A stretch of 64,000 nt of DNA from Eledone cirrhosa (GCA_964016885.1 OZ024742.1:104594001-104658000), one strand, 5' to 3'. Shown: positions 24,936-37,142, counted from the first letter of the stretch. Notes: a model not told the origin generated them from the letters alone. Numbers and translations: made by a program.

Positions 24936-26717
24936 GGAAAACGTAATAGCGCAACTAATCAGAGAGAGAATTGACCTAGATGAAATGCAGTTCGGGTTTG
25001 TGTCAGGCAAAAGTACCACAGACGCTCTTTTCATAGTACGACAACTACAGGAGAAGTACCTAGCTAAAGGTAAACCCCTCTACTTAGCTTTTGTCGACCT
25101 GGAGAAAGCCTTCGACAGAGTCCCCCGCTCCATTATCTGGTGGGCTCTTAGAAAACTAGGCGTTGACGAATGGCTTGTGAGGGCTATACAAGCCATGTAT
25201 AAAGAAACAGTCAGCAAGGTTAGAATTAACAACGAATATAGTGAAGAGTTTAGCGTAAAAGTTGGCGTCCATCAGGGCTCTGTTCTCAGCCCCCTACTAT
25301 TTATTATTACCCTTCAGGCTATAACAGAGGAGTTCAAGACAGGCTGCCCATGGGAACTCCTATACGCAGACGACCTGACACTCATAGCAGAATCAATGGC
25401 CGAGCTAGAGAAGAAATTCCAAACATGGAAGCACGGCCTAGAGTCAAAAGGACTTAAAATTAACCTGGCTAAGACCAAAGTTCTAGTTTGTAGAAAAGAA
25501 AACAAGGCGGCGGTCCCTTCTGGGAAATGGTCGTGCTCGGTGTGTAGGAAAGGCGTAGGTAGAAACTCCATTTTATGTCCTAAATGCAAAGTATGGGTGC
25601 ATAAAAGATGTAGTGGGATCACAGGTAAGCTAACTAAGAACATAGATTTTACATGTGGCCGGTGTTCTGGTGCAATAAGTAGCAGCAAGTGCCCACAAAA
25701 TACTAGCTCTTTCAATTGCGCAGAGGGTTCTATAGAAATAGTGGACAGCTTCCGTTACCTGGGCGATAAAATCAGCAGTGGCGGAGGGTGCTCTGAAAGT
25801 ACTGTAGCTAGAGTCAGAACTGGTTGGAAAAAGTTCAGAGAGCTTATACCACTATTAGCTGTTAAAGGGTTCTCCCTAAAAATGAAAGGCAGGTTGTACG
25901 ATGCCTGCATACGAACAGCAATGCTGCATGGCAGTGAGACCTGGGCATTGTGTGCAGAGGATATACGCAGACTAGAGAAGAACGAAGCTTGCATGCTCCG
26001 CTGGATGTGTAACAGTAATATACGTGAACGGCAAAGCATAAACGAACTAAGGAAAAAATTAGAGATAAGAGGGATCAGATGTTGTTTACTCGAGAGAAGG
26101 CTACGTTGGTATGGACACGTGATGCGCATGAAAGTCGATAGCTGTATAACAAAGTGCAGGGCAATAAAGATAGACGGTAGTCACGGAATAGGCAGACCTA
26201 GAAAAACCTGGGACGAGCTGATAAACTCCGACCTCACACACTTACACCTCTCCAAGACAATGTCACTGGACCGAGACCTTTGGCGGTACTCAGTAACAGA
26301 GAAGACCCGCCTTACCTAAATATATAGTAAAACCTACTCCAGCCAGTAGGCATCTCTAACAAAATACACCCCGTCCCACCACCACCACCCCACCCCATCC
26401 ACACCACCCCGTTCTATGTAAAGTTATGTTGGTGCCGCGCCATCCAGGCCGAAACAAATGAGATCGTGTAGGTGTCACGAAAAAAAAACACACAGTCCAC
26501 GCTGTAATGTGGCCGTGTAGGCAACACGGTAAAAACCTCCCAGACCCACACTGTAAATGTGGTTGGTGTTAGGAAGGGCATCCAACTGTAGAAAACCTGC
26601 CAGACAGTCCTATGCGAGCAAGACAATCACTCTTGCCTCAAGTGGGACTACCCCCGTCCAAACCCATGCAAGCGTGGAACACGGACGTTAAACGTTGATG
26701 ATGATGATGATGATGAT
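24936..26717 (+). mobile_element. RTE-clade LINE family A, 5'-truncated, young
   Basis: Open RT ORF, about 400-bp 3' UTR, (ATG)n tail, TA on both sides. Confidence 0.95.
24937..26319 (+). CDS. Reverse transcriptase (RTE ORF C-terminal part; endonuclease missing) with PHD-like finger
   Basis: QFGF, AFVDLEKAFD, GVHQGSVLSP, LLYADDL, FRYLG, RRLRWYGHVMR, GRPRKTW; frame open from 24937 to the stop. Confidence 0.95.
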   Translation, partial: ENVIAQLIRERIDLDEMQFGFVSGKSTTDALFIVRQLQEKYLAKGKPLYLAFVDLEKAFDRVPRSIIWWALRKLGVDEWLVRAIQAMYKETVSKVRINNEYSEEFSVKVGVHQGSVLSPLLFIITLQAITEEFKTGCPWELLYADDLTLIAESMAELEKKFQTWKHGLESKGLKINLAKTKVLVCRKENKAAVPSGKWSCSVCRKGVGRNSILCPKCKVWVHKRCSGITGKLTKNIDFTCGRCSGAISSSKCPQNTSSFNCAEGSIEIVDSFRYLGDKISSGGGCSESTVARVRTGWKKFRELIPLLAVKGFSLKMKGRLYDACIRTAMLHGSETWALCAEDIRRLEKNEACMLRWMCNSNIRERQSINELRKKLEIRGIRCCLLERRLRWYGHVMRMKVDSCITKCRAIKIDGSHGIGRPRKTWDELINSDLTHLHLSKTMSLDRDLWRYSVTEKTRLT

Positions 26718-27231
26718 ATATATGTATATAAGTTAATTTTAGGTTTAATCAATACATATAAAATATATATCGATAATGTTTCTCAGTAAAAGCTCAATAA
26801 ACTCAATTGAGAAACAAACTAATATTTTATACATATATACATATATAGCAAATGATATGTAAATTTAAATATAAATTTAAAGCCATATGCATAGAATACT
26901 TAGATGGCCAAAGTACACTTCTGTGTATGACTTTAAATTTGGATTTAAATCTACATATCATTTGCTATCATCATCATCATCAGGCATTAGACAGGCCCTA
27001 TTTTGAGGCAAGTTGTGTCTGGTGACCGTGTCTCGCTCATATAAGGGTATTTCTGGCTGGTTTTCTACAGCTGGATGCTTAATGCCAACCACATTGACAT
27101 TGCTATATATATTAAAAATGCCAATCGCATGTTGTATGGTACTATGGCACCCCTACAACATAATTAAGAGTTTCAGATACCTATATACAACGTAAGCAAG
27201 ACCACACGTTTGGTGAGAGAGGTTAGTCAAT

Positions 27232-27458
27232 TAAACCTTTAGCATTTACATTACTCTATATATATACTATTGTATTTTTGTGGTAAAGGCATTACCTTAC
27301 ATATATATCTCACATAATATTGAATCTATGAAATTTTGATATTATTTATTTTGAGAATACCTTAACATAAGTATGAGTGGCCAGTTATGGCCAGTTTGAA
27401 CAGAAAGAGGTGAGAAAATTCTGGCTGGATACAGCTGGTTTAAATGCTAAAGAGTTAA
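27232..27458. mobile_element. piggyBac-like MITE family 1
   Basis: ACCTTTAGCATTTA ... TAAATGCTAAAGAGTTAA; inverted relative to the 8380 and 46645 copies. Confidence 0.7.
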
Positions 27459-27910
27459 ATCAACATAGTAATTGAATGGTACTTTATTTTATTGACTCCA
27501 GAAAAATGACAGTTGACCTCAGCAGGATTTGAACTCAAAATTTATAGAGCTGAAACAAATACCACAACACTTTGTCTGATGCACTAATAATACTACCAAT
27601 ACATCGTCTGCATTCAATATGATATAGTGACATCATTAAGGAGGGGTATCCTGAACAATCTTTTCATTTTTAAATATTTACATTTTTACAACCCTTCCTT
27701 CCTACAGAAGAATAACATTTTTAAAACCCCTAAAATACGGTCAAGTTTCTTCTGTTGCTAACTTGGACTATTTGTAGTATGTCACACTGACTGTGTCTCC
27801 CCACCCACTATTATTTTGCTAAGTGTAATAAGTCACAAAGAAGGGATTTTTTAAGAATCACTCACTTCCTACTCCAGTATCATTGGCCAGCGGCATTAGT
27901 GTAGTCTTGG

Positions 27911-27950
<40 letters not shown>

Positions 27951-28295
27951 GAGAGAGAGAGGGCTTGAACAAATGCCACCAGGCATTTTGTCTGATGCCC
28001 TAATAATTCTGCCTTACATATATATATATATATGTATATGTGTGTGTGTGTATATATATATGTATGTGTATATATTTCGTTTCTGAATTTGTTTAGCAAG
28101 ATTCTTTATCTGAAAACGTGTGTTGAAACCGATATTGTTAAACTTTGGGAGGGTCTTGTTGCCAATAAGAAACACACGCACCAGTTGCTTTCACTCCAAT
28201 TTATTATAAATTAAATTTATAAATTTAAGAATTTATAAATTTATAAATTTCCGGTTGGTTGGTTGGTTCCACAACCGGACGGTTATTCATATATT

Positions 28296-28338
28296 GTCAA
28301 AGTTCTTTCGTCACACATTCTGTGACCTCTTCAGTGAC
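28296..28338 (-). ncRNA. Minimal hammerhead ribozyme, intact
   Basis: GUCA CUGAAGA G GUCACA GAAUG UGUGAC GAAA GAAC UU UGAC: 4-bp stem I, 6-bp stem II, CUU site. Confidence 0.85.
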
Positions 28339-28522
28339 TGGGGATTCTTCTCTTTGTTTTGTGCCTCTCCTTTGTTCTGTCCTACGCCATCTTGTTTTTG
28401 TGTGTGTTGTGTGTTTCGTTTGCGCATGTGTTACATCCAGGTGTCTGTGTGTGTTTTTATTTGTTTATTTACATGTTACTGGTTGGTTGTTTCTTCTATG
28501 TGTGTGTGTTTTCATTTTGTCC

Positions 28523-28690
28523 TTAATTGTAAGTTGTGATGTTGTTATTCCATTCATGTTTTCTATTTAATTTTGGTTGGAGTTCATTTATGTTTATTGC
28601 TTCTGTGATTTGTCTAAACATTGCGTCTTTTCTGTGTGTAGATTTTATTTTTATTTCTATGTTCTCTAATTTGCCCTTATGTTCTATTTT
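28523..28690 (-). pseudogene. C-terminus of Penelope-like GIY-YIG endonuclease ORF
   Basis: Hand translation KIEHKGKLENIEIKIKSTHRKDAMFRQITEAININELQPKLNRKHEWNNNITTYN*; the RQxxEAxxI...LNxKxEW pattern is typical of PLE endonuclease ends. Confidence 0.75.
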
Positions 28691-28824
28691 AGTAACTGGA
28701 AATTTATAAATTCTTAAATTTATAAATTTAATTTATAATAAATTGGACTGAAAGCAACTGGTGCGTGTGTTTCTTATTGGCAACATGACCCTCACAAAGT
28801 ATAACAATATCTGTATATATATAT

Positions 28825-29195
28825 AATAATGAAATAATAATGAAAATATTTTGTACAGTGCTCAGGTGCACTACAACTTATCAAAAGTGTATGTATAGTA
28901 CATCGGGTAATGTACAAACGTCAGGAAAATGAACAGTGCATGAGTCATGATATACACATGTGTGCATGTGTATGGAAGGGGTACATCAGGTGTAGTTTTG
29001 GCTAATTTTGGGAAGCATGAGGGTTTTAAAGGATGCAGTGTTTCGGCAGCTAACAACTGACGCAGGCAGTTTGTTCCATGCTTCGGCAACTCTAAGTGTG
29101 AACAAATGTTTCTGAAAGTCATGGGAGCTGTGCTGTTTTCTGATTTTGTATGCATGTCCACTTGTGTTAGACACATGGAGATCAAAAAGGTTGGG
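28825..29195 (-). mobile_element. CR1-clade LINE 3' fragment
   Basis: SNTSGHAYKIRKQHSSHDFQKHLFTLRVAEAWNKLP, homologous to 57691-57900. Confidence 0.85.
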
Positions 29196-29720
29196 TCACG
29201 TTCACTTAAAAATATTTTTTAAATAATTAAAATATACACAGACATGTCTCTCTTTCAATCTACTTTCTCAGAACCACTATATTTTTCTCTCTATCTTTCT
29301 CTCTCTCTATTTATGAAGCTACCCAGAAAAACCATGTTTCTCGGGAACCCATGCTCCAATTTATGCGAAACTTGTTTTATTCAATTTGTATTCCCATTTC
29401 AGGAGCAACTTCCTTTAAAAGTATTTTCCAATGATGCGCCATTTTGGCTGTATTAAATTACAGACAAGACACAATCACAGAGTTTTAGTAGTATGTAGAT
29501 ATATAAATATATTAGAATATGTGATTAAAATATCGCAGTATTTTAAACATTCAAACATTAACTGAGTGACCATCTAATGCTAGTGGGTAGAAAAATTTAT
29601 ACACTCACACTCACTCATACATATATACAATATGTATGTATAGTTGGAAAGAACAAACAAAATGCAGGAGTCAATTGTTCACAGCTGTATTACGTTCATG
29701 CTTAGTGGGAGTGGAGGAGT

Positions 29721-29756
29721 TTTCGACATTTCGGACTGAAGTCGTTCATCAGGAAA
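29721..29756 (-). ncRNA. Minimal hammerhead ribozyme motif
   Basis: UUUC CUGAUGA A CGAC UUCA GUCC GAAA UG UC GAAA: 4-bp stem I, GUC site, one stem II mismatch. Confidence 0.7.
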
Positions 29757-29872
29757 GTTGAGGGGAACTCCGAGAGGGAGTAAGGAGGGTTGTAATGAGG
29801 GAAGTTATGTATGTATCTATATATACACTCACAAATAAATATATACATACATAGGCACAGAAAAGGAGAGAA

Positions 29873-29982
<110 letters not shown>

Positions 29983-30339
29983 CACCAGATTCTGAACCAA
30001 AATACAACCAGCAGGTGATCTGTAAATTATCAAAAAGTTTTCAAAGATTTTGATTCACTGATATTATTGAAGTTTTCTCCCTTGCTTTTTCTTGGGTTTT
30101 AAACACTCTTATTTGGAGTTTTTGTCTCCCAATTACTTGGATAATTTCAGCTAATCAACATTTTTCAACTCACTATATTACATACATGAAATCCTGCTCT
30201 ATGTGCATTTAGTATTCAGTGTTTACCATTCAGAGGTTAAAGACTTTATTCAGAATATTTTCATTCATCAATATTGTTAACAAATTCCATGTACATTCAT
30301 TGTATATGAGATAGTGTGGGAATGTTTCAACTTTCACTA

Positions 30340-30830
30340 TTTCCAATGACGATTGCTCCAGTTGTTCAAGCAACAGAACAATTTGCTTGTGAAATTAACA
30401 TGCAAGTGGCTGAGCATTCTACAGACATGTGCACGTTTAACATAGTTCACAGAAAGATTTAGCATGACAGTGTGTGACATGACTGGCCCTTTTGAATTAC
30501 AGATACAATTTATTTTTGTCAACTAAGTGTACTGGAGCAATGGGAAATAATTGTTTCTACTTTTGGCACAAGGCCAGCAATTACCCAATGCATTACTGGT
30601 ACTTTATTATATCGACTCCGTAAGGATGAAAGGCAAAGTTAACCTCGGCAGAATTTTAACTCAGAATGGAAAGGGCCGTAACTCTATGCGTCAAAGCATG
30701 GCGTCCAACCCTCTACTGATACTGCCAATAATGTTACATGCTTAGGGATGCAATGTGTCAGCAGGGATTGAACTTGTAAGTTTATGATGGTGAGCCAAAC
30801 ACTCTAACAACTAAACCACACGTCTTCATT
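30340..30830 (-). mobile_element. SINE family 2 split by a SINE family 1 insertion (30550-30728)
   Basis: Family 2 core breaks at GGAAATAAT and resumes at about 30730. Confidence 0.7.
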
Positions 30831-31411
30831 TTGTGGTATAGGATAATCAATTAATATACCATGGGTGTGTCTATAGGACATAGTAGAAGCTGATTACTCA
30901 AATGGAAAATATGACATAATTCTGTTATTTAAGATAACAAGGGTGACATCTTGTAGGCAATCATACAAAACCTGTCTACCTACCACCTGCGCTCTCACAC
31001 CTGTCTGTCTGTCTGTCTCTGTCTCATTATTTTTTTATTCTTTAGACTGATCTTCTTGTTGTTATTACTGTAGTTATGGTAGTTGTTATTGTAGTTCATG
31101 TTATATTCGGGTTTACAATAGCTCAATGTAATAGTAGTAGTTTAAGTTATATACCATCCAGTAAAGATTTCAAATTCAGGCACAAAGACAGCAATTTGGG
31201 GAAGGTTGAAAAGTAAAGTTGACCTTCCAGGGTCAACAAAATAAAGTACCAGTCAATTACTGGCGTTGATTTAATTGACTATTGCTTTCAAGAAATTGCT
31301 GGCTTTATGTCTAAATTACAAATCATTATTGGTTGGATATCATCATCATCAGCATCATCATTGGTTTTATGTCTGTATTTATAATATGTATATATCTATC
31401 TATATATATAT

Positions 31412-31753
31412 CATCATCATCATCATTTCATTTTACGTCCGCTTTTCCCTGCTTGCAAGGGTGGGACGAGAACTGATTTTGGCTTGATTTCTACAGCTGG
31501 ATGCCCTCCGTAACTCCAACCTCATTTACAGTGAGTGCTGGGTGCTTTTTTGCCGTGGCACCTCCACGACCACTTTGCAGTGGAATGATATGGACCCCAG
31601 TCCCTATCATCTTATTTCTACAGCTGAGTAAACTGGAGCAATGTGAAATAAAGTGTCTTGCTCAAGGAAACAACACATCACCCAGTGTGAGAATTGAACT
31701 CACAACCTTTCGATTGCAAGGCCAATGCTCTAACCACTGAGCCATTGCCTCCA
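31412..31753 (-). mobile_element. Chimeric tRNA-head/RTE-tail SINE
   Basis: Near-identical to 5688-6025. Confidence 0.8.
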
Positions 31754-31756
31754 TCA

Positions 31757-31826
<70 letters not shown>

Positions 31827-31967
31827 GGCACATTACTACTATCGATAAATCACTATATCAATTTATCATGATCAATCAACCTTCTTAGACGATTGTAAAA
31901 CAATGAGCTAATTAAGCACTAAACACACCATTTGCTGTCAATGTTCAACATATATATATATATATAT

Positions 31968-32296
31968 AAGCAAAGAGATATTTAATTTGCTGCTAATTCA
32001 ACAAATTTATTTATTATAACAGATTTGAAGCACTCTACAGATTTCCTGGAGTATAATATCAATGATATTAATAAATGGAAACTATATTTATAAAACCATA
32101 TTTATTTTATTATATATATTTCAAGGGTACCAAAAAAAAATGAAACCTGAACCTATAAGGTTTGGTTTATCGGGTATACCACTATTTATAAAACAAATTT
32201 TGTATTTTATCTGATGAGAGCGTACCAAAGTTTTTTTTGGTACCCTTGAAATATATATAATAAAATAAATATAGTTTCCATTTATTAATATCATTG

Positions 32297-32300
<4 letters not shown>
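31968..32300. mobile_element. Class-A hammerhead element with inverted duplication
   Basis: 32058-32140 is the reverse complement of 32231-32299; TA tracts at both ends. Confidence 0.75.
32203..32267 (+). ncRNA. Hammerhead ribozyme, class A
   Basis: UAUUUUAU CUGAUGA GAG C GUACCAAA-loop-UUUGGUAC C CUU GAAA UAUAUA UA AUAAAAUA: 8-bp stem I. Confidence 0.88.
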
Positions 32301-32327
<27 letters not shown>

Positions 32328-32842
32328 CATATGTATGTCTGTACCAGTAGAATCTTCTCTCGTGCCTAGTTACATCATTCACGCACATTAACATTACACT
32401 GGTACATATACACTCACTCATATATTCACACATACACATATACATAAACATATATTCACACACACACACACACACACACATCATCATCATCATCACTGTA
32501 CTGGTACAGACATATGATGCATATTGATGATGATTGGTGGGTGAAGAACTGTCAGGAGTTCCAAGTAGAATGAATTTGCAGAAAAACCTAGACAGAAATG
32601 GTGTGAGCTAATCTCAGGATGTGAAACCTAACAAAGGAGAAAATGGAGTGAAGGTGGGGGAAAGATATGCTGGAGAAGACTCTTCTAAACCATGCAAACT
32701 TTGAAAGACACATAAAATTGATAATGATAATAGGTAATCCGCTGGCTGGATAGGATGGTAAATAGAGCAGTCACAATGCATAGAAAACGTGAAACTAATA
32801 AGACTTTTTGTACCTCTGTTTGTTGTCTCCTTGAACTATTTA

Positions 32843-33495
32843 TATATTGTTATATTTGGGGAGGGTCATATTGTTATAATATTGTCAGAAATAATAATAG
32901 AACACACTCACTGTTTGGTTTGGGTTTATTTTTGCTTCTGTATCTTTTATATCTCCATAGTTAATTTATCTGGCAATCAATGTTTATCATTGATTGACCA
33001 ACGGTTAAAAGTACAGATATAAACATATATATATATATAGTCTATCAATGTTCTTTCGTCACACATCTGTTACATCATTAGTGGTACTAATATGTTTCCT
33101 CCCGTTGTATCGTAATGCCAAATATAACAATATCTGTTTCAACACATGATTTCATATCAAAAACCTTGCAAAACAAACATATATGAAAAAACAACCTGTG
33201 ACAACCCCCCCCCCTCTTATTTGAAGAACTATTGTAACGCGAACTGGCGCGAAATTTATTATAATTATTGACAAACCAATCAAATTACTTTCTCGAAAAA
33301 CCTGGCATTTCGAGCCACTTTTTCCATATAAAACAAGTAACATTCAGAGACCAACCAGATGTGAGAAAAACCACAGACCCTCCATCTTTTGAAAAGCAGA
33401 AGAACTGTGAAACTGGTAAAGGAACCAAATAAATATATATATTTTAAAAAATAAGACTCCAGTTGCATTTTCGATTTCATCTCTTTTTCTTTATA
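32843..33495. mobile_element. Penelope-like family C element with internal inversion and decayed hammerhead (33044-33085, minus)
   Basis: Minus: CUAAUGA U GUAACA GAUG UGUGAC GAAA GAAC; orientation flips at about 33118 with CCAAATATAACAATAT present in both orientations. Confidence 0.7.
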
Positions 33496-33521
33496 TATAT
33501 ATATATATATATAAGCTTTCA

Positions 33522-33646
33522 CTGTATTTTTTTTACTAAAGAAATTTTTAGCCTAATAGCAGGGTTTAAAACCCTCTTTCTCCATTTCCTAAAGTGTTTT
33601 ATCAGGCTAAAATTTCTTTAGTAAAAAAAAAAACACCGAAAGCTTC
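33522..33646. repeat. Inverted repeat (about 43-bp arms) between microsatellites
   Basis: AAGCTTTC..TTTTACTAAAGAAATTTTTAGCCT / AGGCTAAAATTTCTTTAGTAAAA..GAAAGCTT. Confidence 0.75.
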
Positions 33647-33688
33647 TATTTCTATTTCAAACTTCACTCGCTGGCTATTTCAAAACAA

Positions 33689-33737
<49 letters not shown>

Positions 33738-33829
33738 AATAAAGATTCAGTGAGAATCGCATTTTCGGCGGGCAGGAATATATATATATGTATATATTAT
33801 ATATATATTATATATATATAAGTTTGTTT

Positions 33830-33867
<38 letters not shown>

Positions 33868-34122
33868 AGTTAATATAAATTAATATATGATAAACACCTA
33901 AGTGTTTGTATTGTAAAAGACGAAGTTAGCTAGAATGAAATAAACTAATTCAAATAAATATAGCTTGCCTGTATCGATTTAAAATAATAAATCAATATAC
34001 ACAAACTCATATTGGCAAATAGCCGTGGTACCTGGACAAATTTAAATTTCACGGCTCAGAAATGCTTCTTTCTTTGAGCTAATTAATTGTAAATGACTGT
34101 TTGAGTTTAAACTCTAAATATA

Positions 34123-34162
<40 letters not shown>

Positions 34163-34196
34163 TTTGTTTTGTATATATATATATATAATTATATAT

Positions 34197-34952
34197 GATC
34201 CTGGGTACACAAGAGATGTAGCGGGATAGCAGGCAAACTAACAGGAAGGGAGAAATACGTATGCAGTAGATGTACAGGGAAATTAGACAGTAGAAGTCGC
34301 ATTGATAGACACATTTTTCAAATGCAGGCGGGTGCTATAGAAGTGGTGGATAGCTTCCGGTACCTAGGAGATCAGATTAGCATGGGAGGGGGGGGGGGGT
34401 TCCGAGGCCATAGTATCTAGAATAAGGATGGGTTGGAAGAAGTTTAGGGAGCTGCTTCCTCTGTTGATGAAGAAGCGTTTCTCCCTGCGTACGAAATGCC
34501 GGTTATATGATGCCTGTGTGAGGAGCACGATGCTGCATGGTAGTGAGACATGGGCAGCAACTGCGACGGCTGGAGAGAAATGAGGCAAGCATGCTCTGTT
34601 GGATGTGCAGTGTCAATGTGCGCGAACGACCCAGCATGAATGTGTTGAGAGAGAAACTGTGTCTGAGAGGGATAGAATGTAGTGTACGAGAGAGGAGACT
34701 GAGGTGGTATGGACATGTGATGCGCATGGAGGATGACCGATGGGTGAAGAAGTGCCAGGAAATGCCAGTTGAAGGAAGACGTGGTAGAGGTAGACCACGA
34801 AAAACATGGGCGGAGGTGGTGAGAACAGACCTCAGATCATTGAAGCTCACGGTGGAGATGATGAAGGACCTTGACAAGTGGAGAGATGCTGTGTTGAATA
34901 AGACCCGTCCCACCCTTGCAAGCAGGAAAAGCGAACGTAAAATGATGATGAT
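34197..34952 (+). mobile_element. RTE family B, 5'-truncated, disrupted
   Basis: WVHKRCSGIAGKL...CSRC, FRYLGD, RRLRWYGHVMRM, GRPRKTW; very short 3' end with (ATG)n. Confidence 0.9.
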
Positions 34953-35011
34953 AATATATATATATTATTCAGAATATTAATAAATGAAGACATTCACATA
35001 ATCAAAATATA

Positions 35012-35077
35012 TGTTTTATTATATATATTTCAAAGGTACTGTGTTGTTTTTTCAGTACGTCCTCGTCAGATAAAATA
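35012..35077 (-). ncRNA. Hammerhead ribozyme, class A
   Basis: UAUUUUAU CUGACGA GGA C GUACUG-loop-CAGUAC C UUU GAAA UAUAUA UA AUAAAACA. Confidence 0.85.
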
Positions 35078-35356
35078 CAGGAATTGATGTATGACATACC
35101 TCAATGGTCTTGATGGTTCAATTCCAGTATTGGCAGTGATTTATTACAACAAATCTCAACATTTATATACCATAAATAATAACATGATAAACTTAAACTT
35201 AATGAAGAAGAGGATGTGGAGCGAGATATAGGTATAAGGAGGGGGTGAGTATGAGGATTGCAAGAAGAAAATAAATAAATACATACATACATAAATATTT
35301 AAATGCGTAAATATACGTGATAGGGAAGAAAAATACGTATATTTACGCATTTAAAT

Positions 35357-35389
35357 ATGTGTGTGTGTGTGCGCGCGTGTGTGTGTGTG

Positions 35390-35441
<52 letters not shown>

Positions 35442-35825
35442 TGTGTGTGTGTGTGTGAGAGAGAGAGTGTGTGTGTGTGTGTGTGCGTGTGTGTGTGAGT
35501 GTATGTGTGTGTGTGTGTGTGCGTGTGTGTGTGAGAGTGTATGTGTGTGTGTGTGTGTGTGTGTGAGAGTGTATGTGTGTGTGCGTGTGTGCGTGTGCGT
35601 GTATGTGTGTGAGTGTATGTGTGTGTGTGTATGTGTGTGTGTGTAGGTGTGTATGTGTGTGTGTGTGTGTGTGCGCGTGTGTGTGTGAGAGTGTATGGGT
35701 GTGCGTATGCGCGCGTGCGCGCGCGCGCGTGAGTGTATGTGTGTGTGTGTGTATGTGTGTAGGTGTGTATGTGTGTAGGTGTGTATGCATGTATTTCTGT
35801 GCTTATGTGTGCATGTGCCTGTGTT
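35357..35825. repeat. Imperfect (GT)n microsatellite
   Basis: Seen directly. Confidence 0.95.
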
Positions 35826-36054
35826 AATGTTCATGCATGTGTATGATTGTGGCGCCCGTCTGTGCGTCTTCGTTTCAACACTGTTTAAAGTAAGTGGTGA
35901 TATTTGTTTATATTCCACATAAACAACACAGTCTGCAGCTAAGCACACTTGTCAATAGATTATGAATTGGTATTAGCAGGAATATCCAACTATAGGAAAA
36001 CTGCCTCAAAAGGTGCTGCCCGACTCATGTCAGCATGGAAAAGCAGGTGTAAAA

Positions 36055-36405
36055 ACATCATCATCGTTTTTACATCCATTTTCCATGCTTGCATGGATTG
36101 GACAGATCCTCTTCAGCACAGCATCTCTCCACTTGCCATATTTCTTCATTATCTCCTCTGTGAGTCTCAGTGATTTGAGAACAGTGTTCAGCCACCTCAG
36201 CTCAGGTCTTCCTTCGTCTACTTTTACTCCAGCTTCCTTCCACTGGAATTTCTTGTCACTTATTCACCCAGTGATCATCATGCATATGCATCACATGTCC
36301 GTACCAATGCCGTCTTCTCTCTTTCACACCACTTCAGATTCCTCTTCAACCCAGTTTCTCCCTCTGATCATCCAATCTCTACCTTTCTCTTGCATTTACA
36401 CAGCA
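36055..36405 (-). mobile_element. Old RTE-B-like fragment
   Basis: Degenerate match to 58488-58850; similar remnants at 43420-43610 and 45340-45540. Confidence 0.65.
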
Positions 36406-37142
36406 CACTATATACCATATTTCCCAGAGTCGAAGACGCTACTTTTTCTCAAAAATAAGTCTCAAAAATCTACCATGCATCCTGGAGGCTGAAGGCTGTT
36501 TATTATTTTTTTTCAAATTTTTGGTTGTCAAAATTAGGGTGCGTCCTTGAGGACGAAACGTCTTTGGCACCGGCATTCAAATATAGGTTTATTCATTATT
36601 TTTTCTTACAACATAGCTATGATGTTTCAGCAAAGTGAGATGACAGTTCGCTACGCTTCTTCAGAGAAATAAGCTGATGGTTGCTTCTGGCAGGACCTGC
36701 TGGAAGGAGTGTTTGAGGACTCTGCCCCAATGACCCTCTCAAGAAGAAGAAGGAGGAGAAGAAGATGATTTACTATAAGCCCCAACATTTTGATAGGTGG
36801 TATTCTAGTATTTATATATCTATATCATGATTCATACAAATGAAACAGTTCTCGTCCTGTAGAAGTTATTTCTATATATATAATAAAGATGCCTATATTC
36901 TACCAACTTATGGAGTATCATTTTTGACTGTGGTTATTCCCCCCCCCCCCCAGCACAATTTGAGAACCTACATAGAAAGATGTATATATGGTCATAAATA
37001 AAAACATTTGATTAATTGGTTATGTTCCTAAAAATGAGAAAAATATAGATAGTTATGCTTTTTTTGCATACCTTCGGATATGACAAATGTGATGTTTACA
37101 CCAATATATATATAATAATAATATATTTGTCATTCTGGAGCA

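Larger units (their letters stand above)
28075..28815 (-). mobile_element. Penelope-like element 3' fragment: ORF end, UTR, hammerhead and inverted arm
   Basis: GIY-YIG C-terminus at 28523-28690, hammerhead at 28296-28338, inverted arms about 28130-28255 and 28695-28812, TA flanks. Confidence 0.85.

Noticed and set aside
24281-26748. Short inverted words AAAATTAACTTATA flanking the PLE plus RTE block, as TIRs of a composite transposon
   Set aside because: Only about 20 AT-rich bp and no TSD; more likely a small hairpin element split by later insertions, or chance.
36543-36562. GTCC-TTGA-GGAC-GAAACGTC resembling a hammerhead 3' half
   Set aside because: No upstream CUGANGA; it lies in a pogo/mariner-like terminal sequence (36413-36570).
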